Positions 1 to 13,049 of a stretch of DNA of 64,000 bases are shown here, one piece after another. The notes beneath the pieces were generated by a model. It saw only the letters and a list, made by a program, of their open reading frames with translations, had not been told where the DNA came from and did no database searches. Source of the stretch: Psilocybe cubensis (taxonomy: Eukaryota); the NCBI GenBank assembly GCA_017499595.2, contig CM039010.1, forward strand, positions 806,001 through 870,000. Direction: 5' to 3'. How positions within the stretch are numbered: position 1 is the stretch's first letter; every line of letters starts with the position of its first letter. A program made the translations under genes and the position numbers.

Positions 1-1588
1 TACTTTTGACTGTCTACCGTCATAATCATCTTCGATAGTGAGGAAAAGTCGTTGATAGTCTCGAGATCGAATAAGTTCCCTTCGCATCTCCCAGATCATT
101 TTGAGGTCAGGATGTTCAGGTGGTTTGTCGTCGCCAAATTTATTGATCGCTTCGAACATCGCCTCTTGAATTTGTCGTTCCGTTTGAGCAGTATGGTCAA
201 TCCAGACATCCTTCAGAACCTGCAAGTCACCCGGAATTACATTTCCAGTAGTTGGATTGTACCGTTCAACGGTCCATACTCGAGGCATTCGGCCCGTAAT
301 ATTGTTGGAGCGATAGCCGGAGAGCATCTTCACAGTGCGATAGAATCGAGAATTATCTGCAGCGTTAGAGTTTGGGTTGGAATGGCAGATCTGGAAGATG
401 TATTGGCCATCGCCTTGGCGTTCCACCATTGGATCATATCCCAGCTGCTCTTCAGTTGCGAAGAGGAAAAACATAAAGATTTTAACAAGTTTTTCAGGCT
501 CCTGTGGAGTTTTTCGTTCATCGTTCAGCTTTTGGTAGGAAAAAGTATGAATATATACCTCGACGAAGCTGAATGATTGAGAAACCGCGGAATGGGATCG
601 ACAATGATACCAGAGAACTACCTGGTCTGCGTCAAAAGTCATCTACATTCGAATGAGAACAGATAATGCATGAAAATATATTGAGACGTACTCCAAATGT
701 AAACATGCGCCGGACATCGTCGTTCATGACCTGAACATTGGCGGAAAGCACCTTTTCCATATTCTACAGAGTTGTGGGAGTTAATACATTGTATTCAGTT
801 AATAGTTTAGAGAAACAGACTTACATCGAGTCGTTGTTCATTGTTGACCTTGACCTTTTGTTCAATAGATACAGCTGTTCCCCAGGTACTCAAGAAATTA
901 GCTTGATCGGATGTGAAACACGCGCCGACTTTGTGGTTCAATCCAAGTATGTCGAAGCTGATGGACGAGCATGGGACGTTTCGGTACTTGAACTTATTGC
1001 GTATGGGGGTCGGCCCTGCGAGGCCAGGCTGGTACTGGTAAGCATACTTGCCAATGTTGTTGGCAATATTGACCAGCGGTGCAAAAACTTCCATTTCGTT
1101 TTTCTTGCCTGGTACGGCCTTGTCAATAGTAGGGGTGTCGGGGAACTTTGAGAGTACAAGCTTAGATTTGTCCATGTAGGCGACGCCCGATGGAATCAGA
1201 TGCCTCTGTATGCATCTCATCACATTGTTTGTGTCGGGCACAAAAGCGAAATAATGCGACATAAAGTCGTCAATTCCGCAGGTGACAAATTCTCCATCCA
1301 TCTCGTAAGCCATGACAGTGCAATGCTGTGTAACTTTACTCGTTCCTCCTCCAGTTACGGTCTTGCGAGGTGTAATAGGCTAAGAAAGAGATAGACAAAT
1401 ATATGTATGAGTAATCACAAAAGACTCACTTGCGTTTCTGATCGGTAGGAGCAACTGAAGGTCTGCGCTGTGTCAGTAGAGCGATAATCCAAAAAAGTGC
1501 AGCACCCTTACGGCAAAGCGACATCAACAGTGGCATTAGTAGTAGAAGGTACCGGGTTGGGTGGGGTGGAAGGACGAGAAGAACTCAT
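1..1588 (-). CDS. Fungal-type protein kinase (FunK1/Pkinase_fungal family), 5' part; runs off the window start
   Basis: Spliced minus-strand translation gives family-typical motifs: MAYEMDGEFVTCGIDDFMSHY, LGYDPMV, GRMPRVW, VLKDVWID...TERQIQ. Probable ATG at 1588 (MSSSRPSTPPNP) followed by GT..AG introns. Confidence 0.8.
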
Positions 1589-2272
1589 CAGTGAGTATGG
1601 GTAAGAACATAGAATTTGGGACTAAGCTCACATTATATACCTTTACAGAACCTGGGCACCGAAGAGGCACCTACAACGCGAAGGTCAAGTCGTGTTGGTT
1701 GGCGTTCACGGGACGGTGTTCAAAAGTTCCCACGATTCAAACCCACATGGGCAACCTCCTAATCTGGCCAACATGATTTTGTTGGCATTGACATGGACAC
1801 TTTGTGCAAACGCTTCAATAATGCTTCTTGCTTTCAGCTTCCACCGTCCGTCTCAGACAGAGCCCTTAGTCCGTTCGTAGAATCCCAATCTGGTTCTCGA
1901 TTGCTGTGTGGTACGCCGTATCTATTTCTGATCATGACAGCTATGCATTGAGCTTGCAAGCACTTTTGGACGAGCGGACAACTTGACCTTGAAGGTGGGG
2001 AAGTCGGCCTGCATCTGACTCAGGCTCCCAGCCTCGAGTTCTGTTTATCAGGACGTTATCAAATTGGAGACTCGAAACTACCCAGATCGACTCGGCTCTC
2101 GAGTCTCGACATCGACACAATTTGTTCTCGCAATATCAAGTTCATTGCACCATGATAGAATCTGGATCTATGATCGAAAAAAAAAATTCGTAAAGAAACT
2201 CATTATATTTTGAATGCAAAGGGCCCAGGCTGCATTGAAAGGGATACAGAGCGTGAAATGTTTACATTCTTC

Positions 2273-4103
2273 TCAATCATCTAGTCCATCTAGTAGAAAG
2301 TTATCTGGCACGCGGTTTACCTCCTCATCGAATGGTTTATAGTACGCTTCCCGTAAGTTGAGAATCAAGCGGGGCCCCGCAATTGCTGGCCAGAATGTGA
2401 GAATCGTAAACGCAATCTGTCCACCTATAATCTAATAATGGTGCATCATCCAGCGCATCAGTTGATTGGGCTCAAGGCTCAAGCACAACATATGATAGGA
2501 TGGCTTACAGGCGAATTACGCAAAGCAAATAATGCTCCGAGTAGGACAGCCAGCGTTCTGTAATCTAAATTTCAGATACAAATCCTTTGAATCGGATGTA
2601 AGACGACTCACATAAACGGGAAGGTGATGCTGTCGCGGAATAAAATGTACGCCAATGAATGGCGGCTTGAGTTAAACGCCCATGCAATATCTGCCTGGGA
2701 CCTATAGTGTTGTATCCCTCTCAGCACAGAGAGGAACAGTAAGACCAACTCGAATAAGACGATAGGAACTGCAGAGGAAAAAATCCAACGGGAATGATGG
2801 GCCGCGATACACAGGTGAATATCGGGTGAAGGATCTGATAAAGCTATAAGCCAGAAAAAACAAGGATATCAATTTCTGTTACGGATGATGATGATAAGAA
2901 TAAAATTACGAAACGTAGTTTTGTCTCCAACAATTTTCATTGAGATCATAGATAGAATCTCGAGGGTGCAACCAATAGAAAGTATCAAAAAAATCTTGCG
3001 ACTATGCTGATACATGCTAAGGATCCGGCACATCATAATCCCTAGAGAAGCAATGCGGGTCATTTAAGGCTCAAATTTTCTGTGGCAAGAAGATATAGCA
3101 CCTTGCATAGCAAATAGAGGAACAAGGAGAACATAACCTTCTACAAGGTAAACCTGATGCCCGGTGCCTTATGTGCAGTTTAATATTTGCCAACACATGT
3201 GTTAAAAGGTAACCGTACACCTGTTAATGAAACAAACAGTGAACACATCCCTGCACAGATACAAGAAAAAGAGTAATGACACACTTATCCTTGTGCTTTC
3301 CGTATACACCAATGAATTTAAATATACAAAGCGTCCTTTCAGTGAACAGATTGAGTAGAGGGTGTGATTCACCAATACCTTAGCGACGCTGCTGTATACA
3401 ATGTGTTGGATTACCACTGATGCACTTGGTAAATTGAACCTTTCGACCTGACCAAAATACAGCAGGCGTACCGCGTACTGAGTACCTAGTCCAGCTCGCT
3501 GGTACATTGACTGTTGAAGAATTAAAGAAACAGTTATCTTACATCTGTGTTCCGTGGCCCACATATCGAGTCTGATAGAATTAATGACCACAAGTAATGA
3601 TATGAGAGGAATAATGTTTCTTACAATTAAAAACAGAATTTTTGCAAAGTTCCATCCTGGACGCTTCTGCACTTGTGTCAATACGCAGTTGCAAACAGGC
3701 CAAGCAATTTGAAACGTACCCATACTAGTTCTACCTAAACTGGAATAAGAAATTTGTATCACAGTTAGGGAGGCAACGCACCTCGTCGCACAGCGTTGTA
3801 ACTACCATATGATAAGATAAGGGGGGTGAGGATGAGTATCGGGAGAATTGTGAGCCTCGAAAAACTTTGCTTCACAATAATCGTATACCAAACACGCCGC
3901 CAACGAGACTATTCCTCACGGAAGTTAATTCGCTGACCTCCATAATGTCCACTCTGTTGCTATATATACGCACCAGTTAGATATGCATTTCCCTGATCTG
4001 CATTCAGCCACTGTACTGCCACACTGTCCATACGCTTCGACGCATCAATACCTTGAAGTATTTATGATAAAACAATGTTTAAAACGTACCAATAGCTTCT
4101 TCT
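2273..4103 (-). CDS. Multi-exon membrane protein, DUF6533-like (start not resolved)
   Basis: Short exons join to LAACLVYDYFTTLCDEVELVWKRPGWNFAKILFLI (DUF6533-type YDY.LT...EV.L.W). C-terminus reads GPRLILNLREAYY...LDD* with stop at 2273. Confidence 0.7.
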
Positions 4104-5512
4104 CTTGGAAATGAGACAAGTTTTTTTAGCAGAATAGGTGTAAGTTGGAGTGAAAGAAAGAAACGATGGCGCAGTTAGGCATCGGCCTATATGCATATTC
4201 CAAAGAATAGTAAAACATAGTGGAGTAATCAGAAACGAGGCCTCATAGACGATACGCTGGCCTGTCCCTAGAGAGATTATTAAGTAAAAGCAACGCCTCG
4301 ATGCAGCCGACCAACCTTGTTGGGCCGCAAAAAAGAAGAGTCGAAGTTGAAACGTTGAATTGCCATCGGCGAGGCGGAGTCAACACTGTCCGCCCGGATG
4401 GTCCGTCTCGCCGGAAGAAATGCCAGCCCAAGAAGCTAGTTGCATTAAGTATTCCCACACCGAAATTGACGCTCGCCTTGACCAGAATTTCCGGTGTACG
4501 TAGTGATCAGGCAAATCCAGATGTATCTAGCTTCGATAAAACAATTGATGCTGTGGCGCGAAGGAAAAAATGAGGATTTAAGGTTTCGGGCTCACAAGAT
4601 TGCAGTACCATGAGTAAGGGCATGGTTTACTAACCAGATATTTAAGTGATTCATGAGCGGTAGATGCATTGCAGTATACAAGTGCACTACATGAGCTGAC
4701 AATTTTGACTGCTGAACCTGCCATACTGAATCTACAACTTCAACTTGGTTTGGGCAATTGCATCGTGGAGCCCCTATTTGATACTAATCTTTACATCCAC
4801 CCGACAGCAGCTTCCCCATCAAGCATTCTTCTACAGGGCCTTCGAGCACCTGACATAGTTAATATGTTGATAGTAATCGAAAACTGTCCGGACACAAACA
4901 ATTATCACTCGAACGTATACATTGGAGGACTTTTCATAGTTATCTAGTTTACATAAGTGTATTGTCAAACCTTCAAACCTGTAGACTATTACATGATTGA
5001 TACTAACAGCAACGCTTTTCAATTTTCCTTGTCATCTACTGTATCACCTCCCACATCGAATGGACACTTCTCAAGCATTGAGATGCATTGCATATCTGCG
5101 ACGGAGATAGTGCAATTAAGCCATGGGTTATTATAAGTACAAGTAAACCGATAAGGATATTCCCACCACACACTTCGGCGTTACTTCGTACAGACTGCAG
5201 CTCCAGGTGCTTAGATTGTGATAATAAAGAGTGATGGACAAACATTATCTAAAGGAAATGGGGTTGAATTGTACAAATGTAAGATTACTTGATATTCCCT
5301 CAGGCAATCCAAGGCCATTGGCTTCGCCGATCAGGACTCTGAGGCAAACTGAGCAAGGGTAGTGCCTTAGACTCCATTTTATAGACGTATCGCATGTAAA
5401 CCTACGCTCATTGAATGGTATTAAGGCACCTGCGAGGTTCGCAATAGATTCATCAACCGTCAAGGGGCCAGCTGTCTCATGACAATCTAATAATAGATCA
5501 CAGATCCGTAGT

Positions 5513-7799
5513 ATGAATTACTATGAAAACCTCGCTTTCGAAGTGTCCCCTTGTTATGCCCCGTGTACAGCATCCCTCCCTTCAAGACCACCCGTTGAGA
5601 TGTACAATGGCCAAGACTCCCTTCCCAACTCCGCCATGCTTTTTACAGAGAGACACAAATCTTTTCAAAGTCCAGACGAGCCATTTCATGCGCTCGAGCC
5701 ACACGGACAAGCGACTGCTGCCCAGGCACGTGCAGCTCGCAGAGGGGTGACGCTAACAGCATGCGCAACGACCACCCTCATTGTTGGAAGCCTCTTCGCT
5801 ATGATTGGGGTTCTTCTTTCCTATCTTTGCGCCGTCAATCAATGTCAGTTATCAAAACATTCGATTATCAGTACGGCGCCTCTTGGGAAAGTGTTGACTA
5901 TAACACAAGTTACATCACACATTTCCCCCATCTCTATTCCAATTGTCATGGGATTGTTTTCTTATCTTTTATCCGCAAAGTGGCTAAGGTCAAGCGGACA
6001 AAATAGAGGGCCAGATCAGCCCACTCCAATGCAGTAAGTTTTAAGTTTCATATGTTAAAGGAGAAGCTGACTTGGTCTTAAGGCTAGGGTTGTTAATGTC
6101 CATGTGCAATGCCGCCAACCTTACAGCATTTTTCTCTTCTGCGAAATTTATGGCAACAAAGGGCGATAAACTTACACCGGCGCCTATGCTTCGACGGTCT
6201 ATTTTTGTCCTGGGATCCCTGCTGGCTGTATCTTATATTGTAGCTGCTGCAGACGCATGGCTGCATGCCAGCAGCACTGGTATAGTCATTCCGTCAATTT
6301 CTGCATACACCGGATCAGCGTTACCACAATTTGGACGAGAAATAAATGAGACAATGTGCCAAGAGGCCAGCGTCTTTGATACGGATGCCGTTGGTCATAT
6401 TACAGCAGCGTCGTGCGGAATTTTGAACCCCGGAAGTGGGGGGAGTGGAAATAAGCTTGCCGAGGGTATCAGAGTACTATCTAACAGCTCTACACTGCAG
6501 AGAGTCGTCTTTACCGACGATCAGACTGCTCTTCTAGTCCCTCAGAACCTTCCTTCAAATATAACGTACGAGGCCCAAGCCGTGGGCGTTAAATCTCAAT
6601 GCACAAGGTGCGCTCCGTTGTACCATTTACTGACACTAATACTTAATTGATTTTCCAGTATCACAAAGTATTGCATATACATCACATCCGACTATGGACC
6701 TAATGCCTTTTTGAATCTTGACTGTTCGAAAGGAGGGATTAATTATCAGAATTCTTCGGCACAGACCCAAATTCCTCCGCTATGTGCTCTTGATGGCCAG
6801 GGTGTGTGTACTATCGGAATAGACATTCCTTCTAAGTACGTGAAAAATATATGTCTCGTTATATTTCAGTGATACAACTTTATACACAAGTCCTTTTACT
6901 GCAGCGGAGGTGGTAACTTCCTTCGCCTATCTTAACCCAGGCCAGCCTCTCGATCAATGTAGGCGCCAGATATATTCTTTGTCATTAATTGCTGTACTGA
7001 CATTCGATAGTTATTGGAAATACGTATGCGCCTTTATCAACGACATCTTCCTGTTAATCCTTACCTTTTTCTCCTCAGTGGATGGTTCGTACATGGAAAT
7101 AAGGGCGCCTGGAATGTTGTATTTTGCAACATTACCGCGCTTGATGTCACCTACACATACACGTCTTCCCAATTTGTGGTACAGAAAGCTGTCCCAAAGT
7201 CTGTAACTGATACTCAACACATCATGGCCGCTGGGTTTGAAGGACAAACAACGGCAATTTCACAACAAGTCGATGGGGCCGGCTCAGACCCAAATACAGG
7301 GACCTACGAGCAAGCTTACGCCTTAGAGCTTTCTCGACAAATGTTGGCCCGTGGAGCTTTTCTGTATGAACCAAACGACGTGATCAGAATTCAGTCCGAG
7401 AAAAGCATCATCGGCTCTAATTTACAGGTGGCACCTTTAGTACTCTTTGTTGCTGCTCTGGTTTTATTCTCGTGCGTTTGTTTCCCCTATCACTTTGATT
7501 TTATAAACTTTAACTCATGAGTGATGAACGTCATCTAACCTAGTCTTCAAGTACTTTGGATTACCTTGAGGATCATCATCGCAGCTTGGAACGTTCAATT
7601 CGTTGAACTGGCTGCACTTTTCCTCAGTAACCCTTTAACTGTGGTACAAATGCTATATGGACAGCCGAATCCAGAACTCACATGGAACAAAAATGTCGAA
7701 CAAAGGTTCAAAGACGAGACTGATTTGGATAGATTGCAGGTCGGACCTGTATACACCGAGCAAGGCTCATTCTTCACGGTGACAAAGGCCAGTGTATGA
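5513..7799 (+). CDS. Hypothetical multi-exon membrane protein
   Basis: Consecutive ORFs 5513-6037, 6072-6650, 7014-7520 and 7566-7799 are separated by GT..AG introns and contain several hydrophobic segments. No family recognised. Confidence 0.65.
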
Positions 7800-8028
7800 A
7801 TCGGTATATGAATCTTGTAATCGATGCCAAAGTATAGAAGTTCACATTTACTCAATTTACCACTTTCATGCGATCTGCATGTTTAATATTATTAGAAATT
7901 GGCCGTTATAAATTAGGAATAACTCGCACCAAATTATCTGCGCCAATGTGATATCGTTGAGACCCAGAAACAAGTTGCGAAAGCCACAAAGGAGGCGTTT
8001 TGGCGTCGTTTGAATTCGCAGGTGACCC

Positions 8029-8038
8029 GTCACGTGAC
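8029..8038. promoter_or_regulatory. Palindromic GTCACGTGAC (E-box/bHLH-type site) upstream of the desaturase
   Basis: Perfect 10-bp palindrome containing CACGTG, about 640 bp 5' of the FAD2 ATG. Function is inference only. Confidence 0.2.
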
Positions 8039-8671
8039 TGTGCACGGACCAAAACAAGGAACCGTGCGCACCGGGAAGCGTGTCTTCGTTCTTCCGGCTT
8101 TCCATAGCTATAGCTAGATCAACGAGGCAACACATCCCCTTCAGCTTCAAAATTCAAAGCTTCATCAATTCATCCCCGGTGTTTGGTGAGCTTCACGGCA
8201 GCTTGTGGGCGTCTAAAAATACTCGTCGTAATTTACTGTGGGATCCTGATGTGGGATTCTCCCCTTGTACAAAACGGCCAACATTAGGGGGTTCATTGGC
8301 AATGCATTGTTCAGACTGTGTTCAAAATCAAGGCGCATTCCAGCAAGCCCTTCTATAAGCACACTAACTGGCCATCGGTGTAACTATGTATGTGGAATTA
8401 CATGTCTCACTCACTCAAACGCGACACAAGTCTATTCCCACCAAGCATTACTTACGCGCAGTCAATCACAAATCAAGAACTTTAGCCGCGGATGACTGAT
8501 TGCAGGGCAAGTAGTGACTAGCGAACACCCTTTCGGCAACGCGAGTCCGTGGTTCATATATTGGAACTGTTATTAAGCCACGAATAGAAACCCCACTGAC
8601 TATCTTGTGGGGAGGATATTATCCGGCATACATTTGCAACCTAATTTTCAATTCCCATTGTGGTCGATACG

Positions 8672-10418
8672 ATGGCGCCCAAGAACGACGACAATGTTTC
8701 AACTTCTGCTGAGCAGAGTATATACCGTGTTCCAGATATCAGCATAAAAGATTTATTGGAAGCTATTCCGTGCGTTTTCTGGTGTTCTCTTTCACCCGCT
8801 ATTCACAATTCAGCAGGGCACATTGCTTCAAGAGATCTGCACTCAAATCGTCGCTATACATGTGGGTCGTCTAAAACCTGGTAGAACGAACGTGTACTAA
8901 ATTCCCATAGTGCTTGGGACTTGCTCGTTATATTTTGCCTTCATAGGGCCATCGTTTATCTTAACTCGTATATTGATCCAGCGTACATCACCCTTCCCAG
9001 TTCTCGTCTCTACACCGCTGTTCACATCTGTCTATGGTCAGTTTACGCCTTCTGGGCCGGCTTATTTGGCACAGGTCTCTGGGTTATAGGGCATGAATGT
9101 GGACATAAAGCGTTTTCGGAATCCAAGGCGATCAACGACAGTGTTGGTTGGATTCTTCATTCAGCGTAAATTCACATATATTCTACTAGTATACGTAGAT
9201 GCTAACATTTCTACGCAGCCTCGGCGTTCCATATTACTCGTGGCGTATCTCTCATGCTCAGCACCATGCTTTAAACGCACATATGACAAAGGATCAAATT
9301 TTTGTTCCCAAGACTCGCTCGCAGGTTGGTTTGCCTCCTCTCGATATTTCTCGAGAAGATGCATTCGGGTCCCGCGTCACCGCGGAAGTCAAAAGAGAGA
9401 TGTACGAGGCGCTAGGCGACTCGCCCATTGGCGCTATTCTTAGTCCTGCCACCTACCTGGTGAACATTTACTTATGATCATCTGAGAGGTAATATTCTGA
9501 CTTGCTTTGAAGCTCGTGGGGTGGTGGGCATATATTACAACCAACGCGTCGGGTCAGCCTCATTACCCAAAGGGAACCAATCGTGGGTTCTAGCCAATCT
9601 TTTCTTTTTTTATCAAGGAAGAATTTTGATTTACATGATATTAGATTTTAACCCCAGCTCACCGATGTTTCGGCCTCATCATTACAATGAAATAATGATA
9701 TCAACTGCTGGCATTTTGTTATGGATCACTTGCATCGGTCTGGCTATCCAGCATTACGGATTTCTCAGTGTGTTCAGAACATACTTGGTCCCTTATCTTT
9801 GGTATAATTTCAACGCAGGCCGTTACTTTAACTTACTAATTAATATTTCTCGAAGGGTGAACCACTGGCTTGTACTCATAGTCTTTCTACAGCACACTGA
9901 TCCTCTTCTCCCTCATTACCGTGGTCGAGAGTTTACCTTCGCTCGTGGTGTCCTTGCTACCTTGGACCGTAACCTGTTGGGCGACTTTGGCAGCGTTATA
10001 TCCTGGATTGGATGTCATGCTACGCATGGCATCTCGGAGACCCATGTAGTGCATCACGTTTGCAGCAAAATACCGCATTACAACGCGTGAGTTGAAGCAA
10101 ATGCCAGAAAGTTATAGATTATTGATTAAAGGGGTTCTCAGATGGGAGGCGAGTGCTGCGGTCAAGAAGAAGCTTTCTGAAGCTGGAGTTCGTATCCCTA
10201 TCCAGGGCGCTCCTGGTGGATGGAGCGAACTCTTCCGTGTATACAAGGAATGCAAGTTCGTGGAGGACGAAGGAGATATCGTTTTCTACAAAAATGCATA
10301 TGGTCTCGCTCAGATGAGACCGGAGATGCCTTCAAGAGATATTAGCGATTCAGGTGTCGAGGTAGACTCAAAGTTACGTAGATGCTGTTGTGATAATACA
10401 AACGCACGAGCGTTTTAG
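8672..10418 (+). CDS. FAD2: Delta-12 fatty acid desaturase (FAD2 family), multi-exon
   Basis: Three His boxes HECGH, HAQHH and HVVHH; also FLQHTDP.LPHY, KIPHYNA and ECKFVED motifs. Confidence 0.9.
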
Positions 10419-10586
10419 CTCAGCTCGTTAGACCGACAAACGTCCATGATGGGATAAATGAGTGATTTGTTGAAGTGTCTATTATAGAACTTGAAAATCA
10501 TAGGTGCAGATTTTATTTAACATATTGGCATCATACGACATATTATTTCTTACGATAAGCATAATTGGAAACACCTCATAGTCATT

Positions 10587-12353
10587 CTACGCCGCCGCTC
10601 GTTTTTTGACCAGGCGAGATGATCTTCTCAGAGGCACCGCTGAACGAGGTATCATGGAGGCTTCCCGCGCCTTCTTTCTTCTAAGAGTGTGAGCTGATTT
10701 TCCATTTTGTACACTCACCCGAGTGAAAGACGAGCGGCCAGGACCCTTAACTTTCGCCTTCTCTCTAAGACGTGGTGATTTACGAATGCCCCCAAGTTGT
10801 GTCTCCAGAATCCTACGTCCTCTCTTCTTTGCCTTTGCTGTCGACTGACGAGAAACTGGAGGTTTTACAACAACGGCCATAGACCTCGGAATCTTTCTGC
10901 AGTCTAGGTTTTGGAACCATGGGTGTCTCATGGCACGGTCCATGGTAAGCCGGGAGGCAGGCGCACGCTCGAGAAGAGAACGCACAAAATCATGACCTAG
11001 AAAAGGAAAATTCAGCATAACAATTTCACCCGACACCAAGGAATAAATAACATGCCGTTTGGGTGAATGTGATCCTTCATCGCATTGAAGACATCCCAGT
11101 TAATTTCATGTGCTGCAATGACCTCCTCATTTAGCAGGTCTAAACCCTTAGGCAGGGGCATTAGGTGGGAATGGCCAGTGAGCCTAATAGATAATCCTTT
11201 CATTAGAACGCAAGAACGCAAAGTAAGTACAAGACAAAAAAGAACTGACATACATTTTAAAGGTAATGGCACCAACACTCCAACAATCGGCGCGATGGTC
11301 GAAACCTCCATTGGCTTTCGTAGGCCATGCACGTTCCGGAGCCATGTATTCCACAGTGCCAAAATTTTCCTCTTTCTAATGGTTATAGCAAATTAATATG
11401 AGTGTCAAACAAGATCAGAAAGTTCACCAACTCACCGTCAAAAACCCGGAACTACCAACCCCATAAGCCGAACCGAAGTCAGAAATCTTTGCTACAGGCG
11501 GCGTATCCGATGTAAGAAGAATGTTCTGCAAATAGTGCCCAGGTTTAGAATATCACTACCAGTGAAGTTGATGGGAGGCATACCTCAGGTTTTATGTCGC
11601 AGTGAACAATGTTTTGAGAATGAATATACTGAATAACCAACGTCGATTTAAAGTTTACAAGTAGAGGCGCAAGGATCATTACTTACCTCCAGCCCATTAC
11701 ACACTTGGAAGATAATTTGCCGTGAGTCCAGCTCAACGTCAAGGAGGGCTTTGAAAAAAACTTTTAACAATGCGCGAGCAAAGTCATATAATTGATGACT
11801 CACGATTCCATTTCAATCTATTCGAAAGGTACAATTGCAAAGATCCTTGTGAAGCCAGCTCCATTACGATACCTGTTTTAAGATTAGTGAGAAACAATAG
11901 TATACGATAAAACAGAGCGAACACACTGATAGAATTGAAGTTGGGTTCAAAAAACGCTCTCTTGATCGAAATGATGTTGCGGTGATTGACTAAGCGTTCC
12001 ATAATTTTTACCTCATACGATATTCTGCGATGGGATTCGGACAGAAGAAGGTGAGGCTTCGTGTAGGTTATCTTGACCGCGAAAACCTTTCCGGTTTTTC
12101 TATGACAACAGATGTTGACCATCGACAAATTACCTTCGCCTAACCGGGCACGCCCAAGCCTGTATTCATCTTCGAAAACGCCTGCAGACTGTACACTGCG
12201 AGGGGGGAAGTCAGATTCCGGAACCGGATTCAACAAAGCATCCAGCAGTCTCTGTTGATCAGATCCATCAAAGGTAGTGTAGTTCCCGATGGTCTTACGA
12301 ATGACGGTGTAGAGGCTATGACGGGAAGCATTAGTATCAGCAGGCTCAGCCAT
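10587..12353 (-). CDS. Ser/Thr protein kinase (CAMK-like) with basic C-terminal tail, multi-exon
   Basis: LGEGNLSMV, FAVK, HCDIKPEN, KISDFG, GTVEYMAPE, DCWSVG and HPWF motifs; TATAAA about 50 nt upstream of the ATG at 12353. Confidence 0.85.
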
Positions 12354-13049
12354 TGAGGGAAAGTCGGAGGAGCTTCGAACTGATGAACGCAATAATGGCT
12401 TTATACAAGGAGATGATGAGGGTGCCACCAAGTCAGAGGGAGATTCCGTTTATATATTCGATGAAAACAATGGTCAGAAGCGGTGAGATGAGCTTATGGG
12501 CTGTGATGATGCTCTCCCCGCAGGATTTTCTGGGCTTAATTGGGCGATGAGACACCGGAAGCTTCTAGGCCAATATCTTCCAGGTAGACGCTTTGGCGAA
12601 TCCTTCAGTGTGGCCCCAGGATCAAGACGTCAAGCTTCAAGGCCCAGTGACGCTAATTCGATGTACCATTGGCCCATTCTGGGCCACCCATGGATGCCTT
12701 GCACCAGGGAAATAGACCTAAAGAGTTTTTACAGAAAGATCAAATGAAAGCAGCATAGATTGGAGCCACTCAAGATTAGCCACTAAAGAGGTTGTGAGGA
12801 GAAATTTTCAAGTTCTCTAGTATCGGCAGGCAGGTGGCAAGGTGGCGGTCGGGATTTGAAATTGACAAATTACAGCTAAATTCCCAGCACGTGCACGGAT
12901 TGCGCCCCTGTGAATAGCGCGCAAGAACAAACGATCCATGCATCGTTCTCTCTGTATATTTTCTGTTCGTTTAAATCGATAAATATAACAATAAAATGAC
13001 GACTCAAATAACAATCGGACTACAATAGAAATCAAAATAACAAGTCATG

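Noticed and set aside
52-1151. Plus-strand ORFs 52-576 and 738-1151
   Set aside because: Antisense shadows of the FunK1 exons.
4243-5463. Short minus-strand ORFs and splice-like sites suggesting another gene
   Set aside because: Could not assemble a coherent reading frame or recognise a family.
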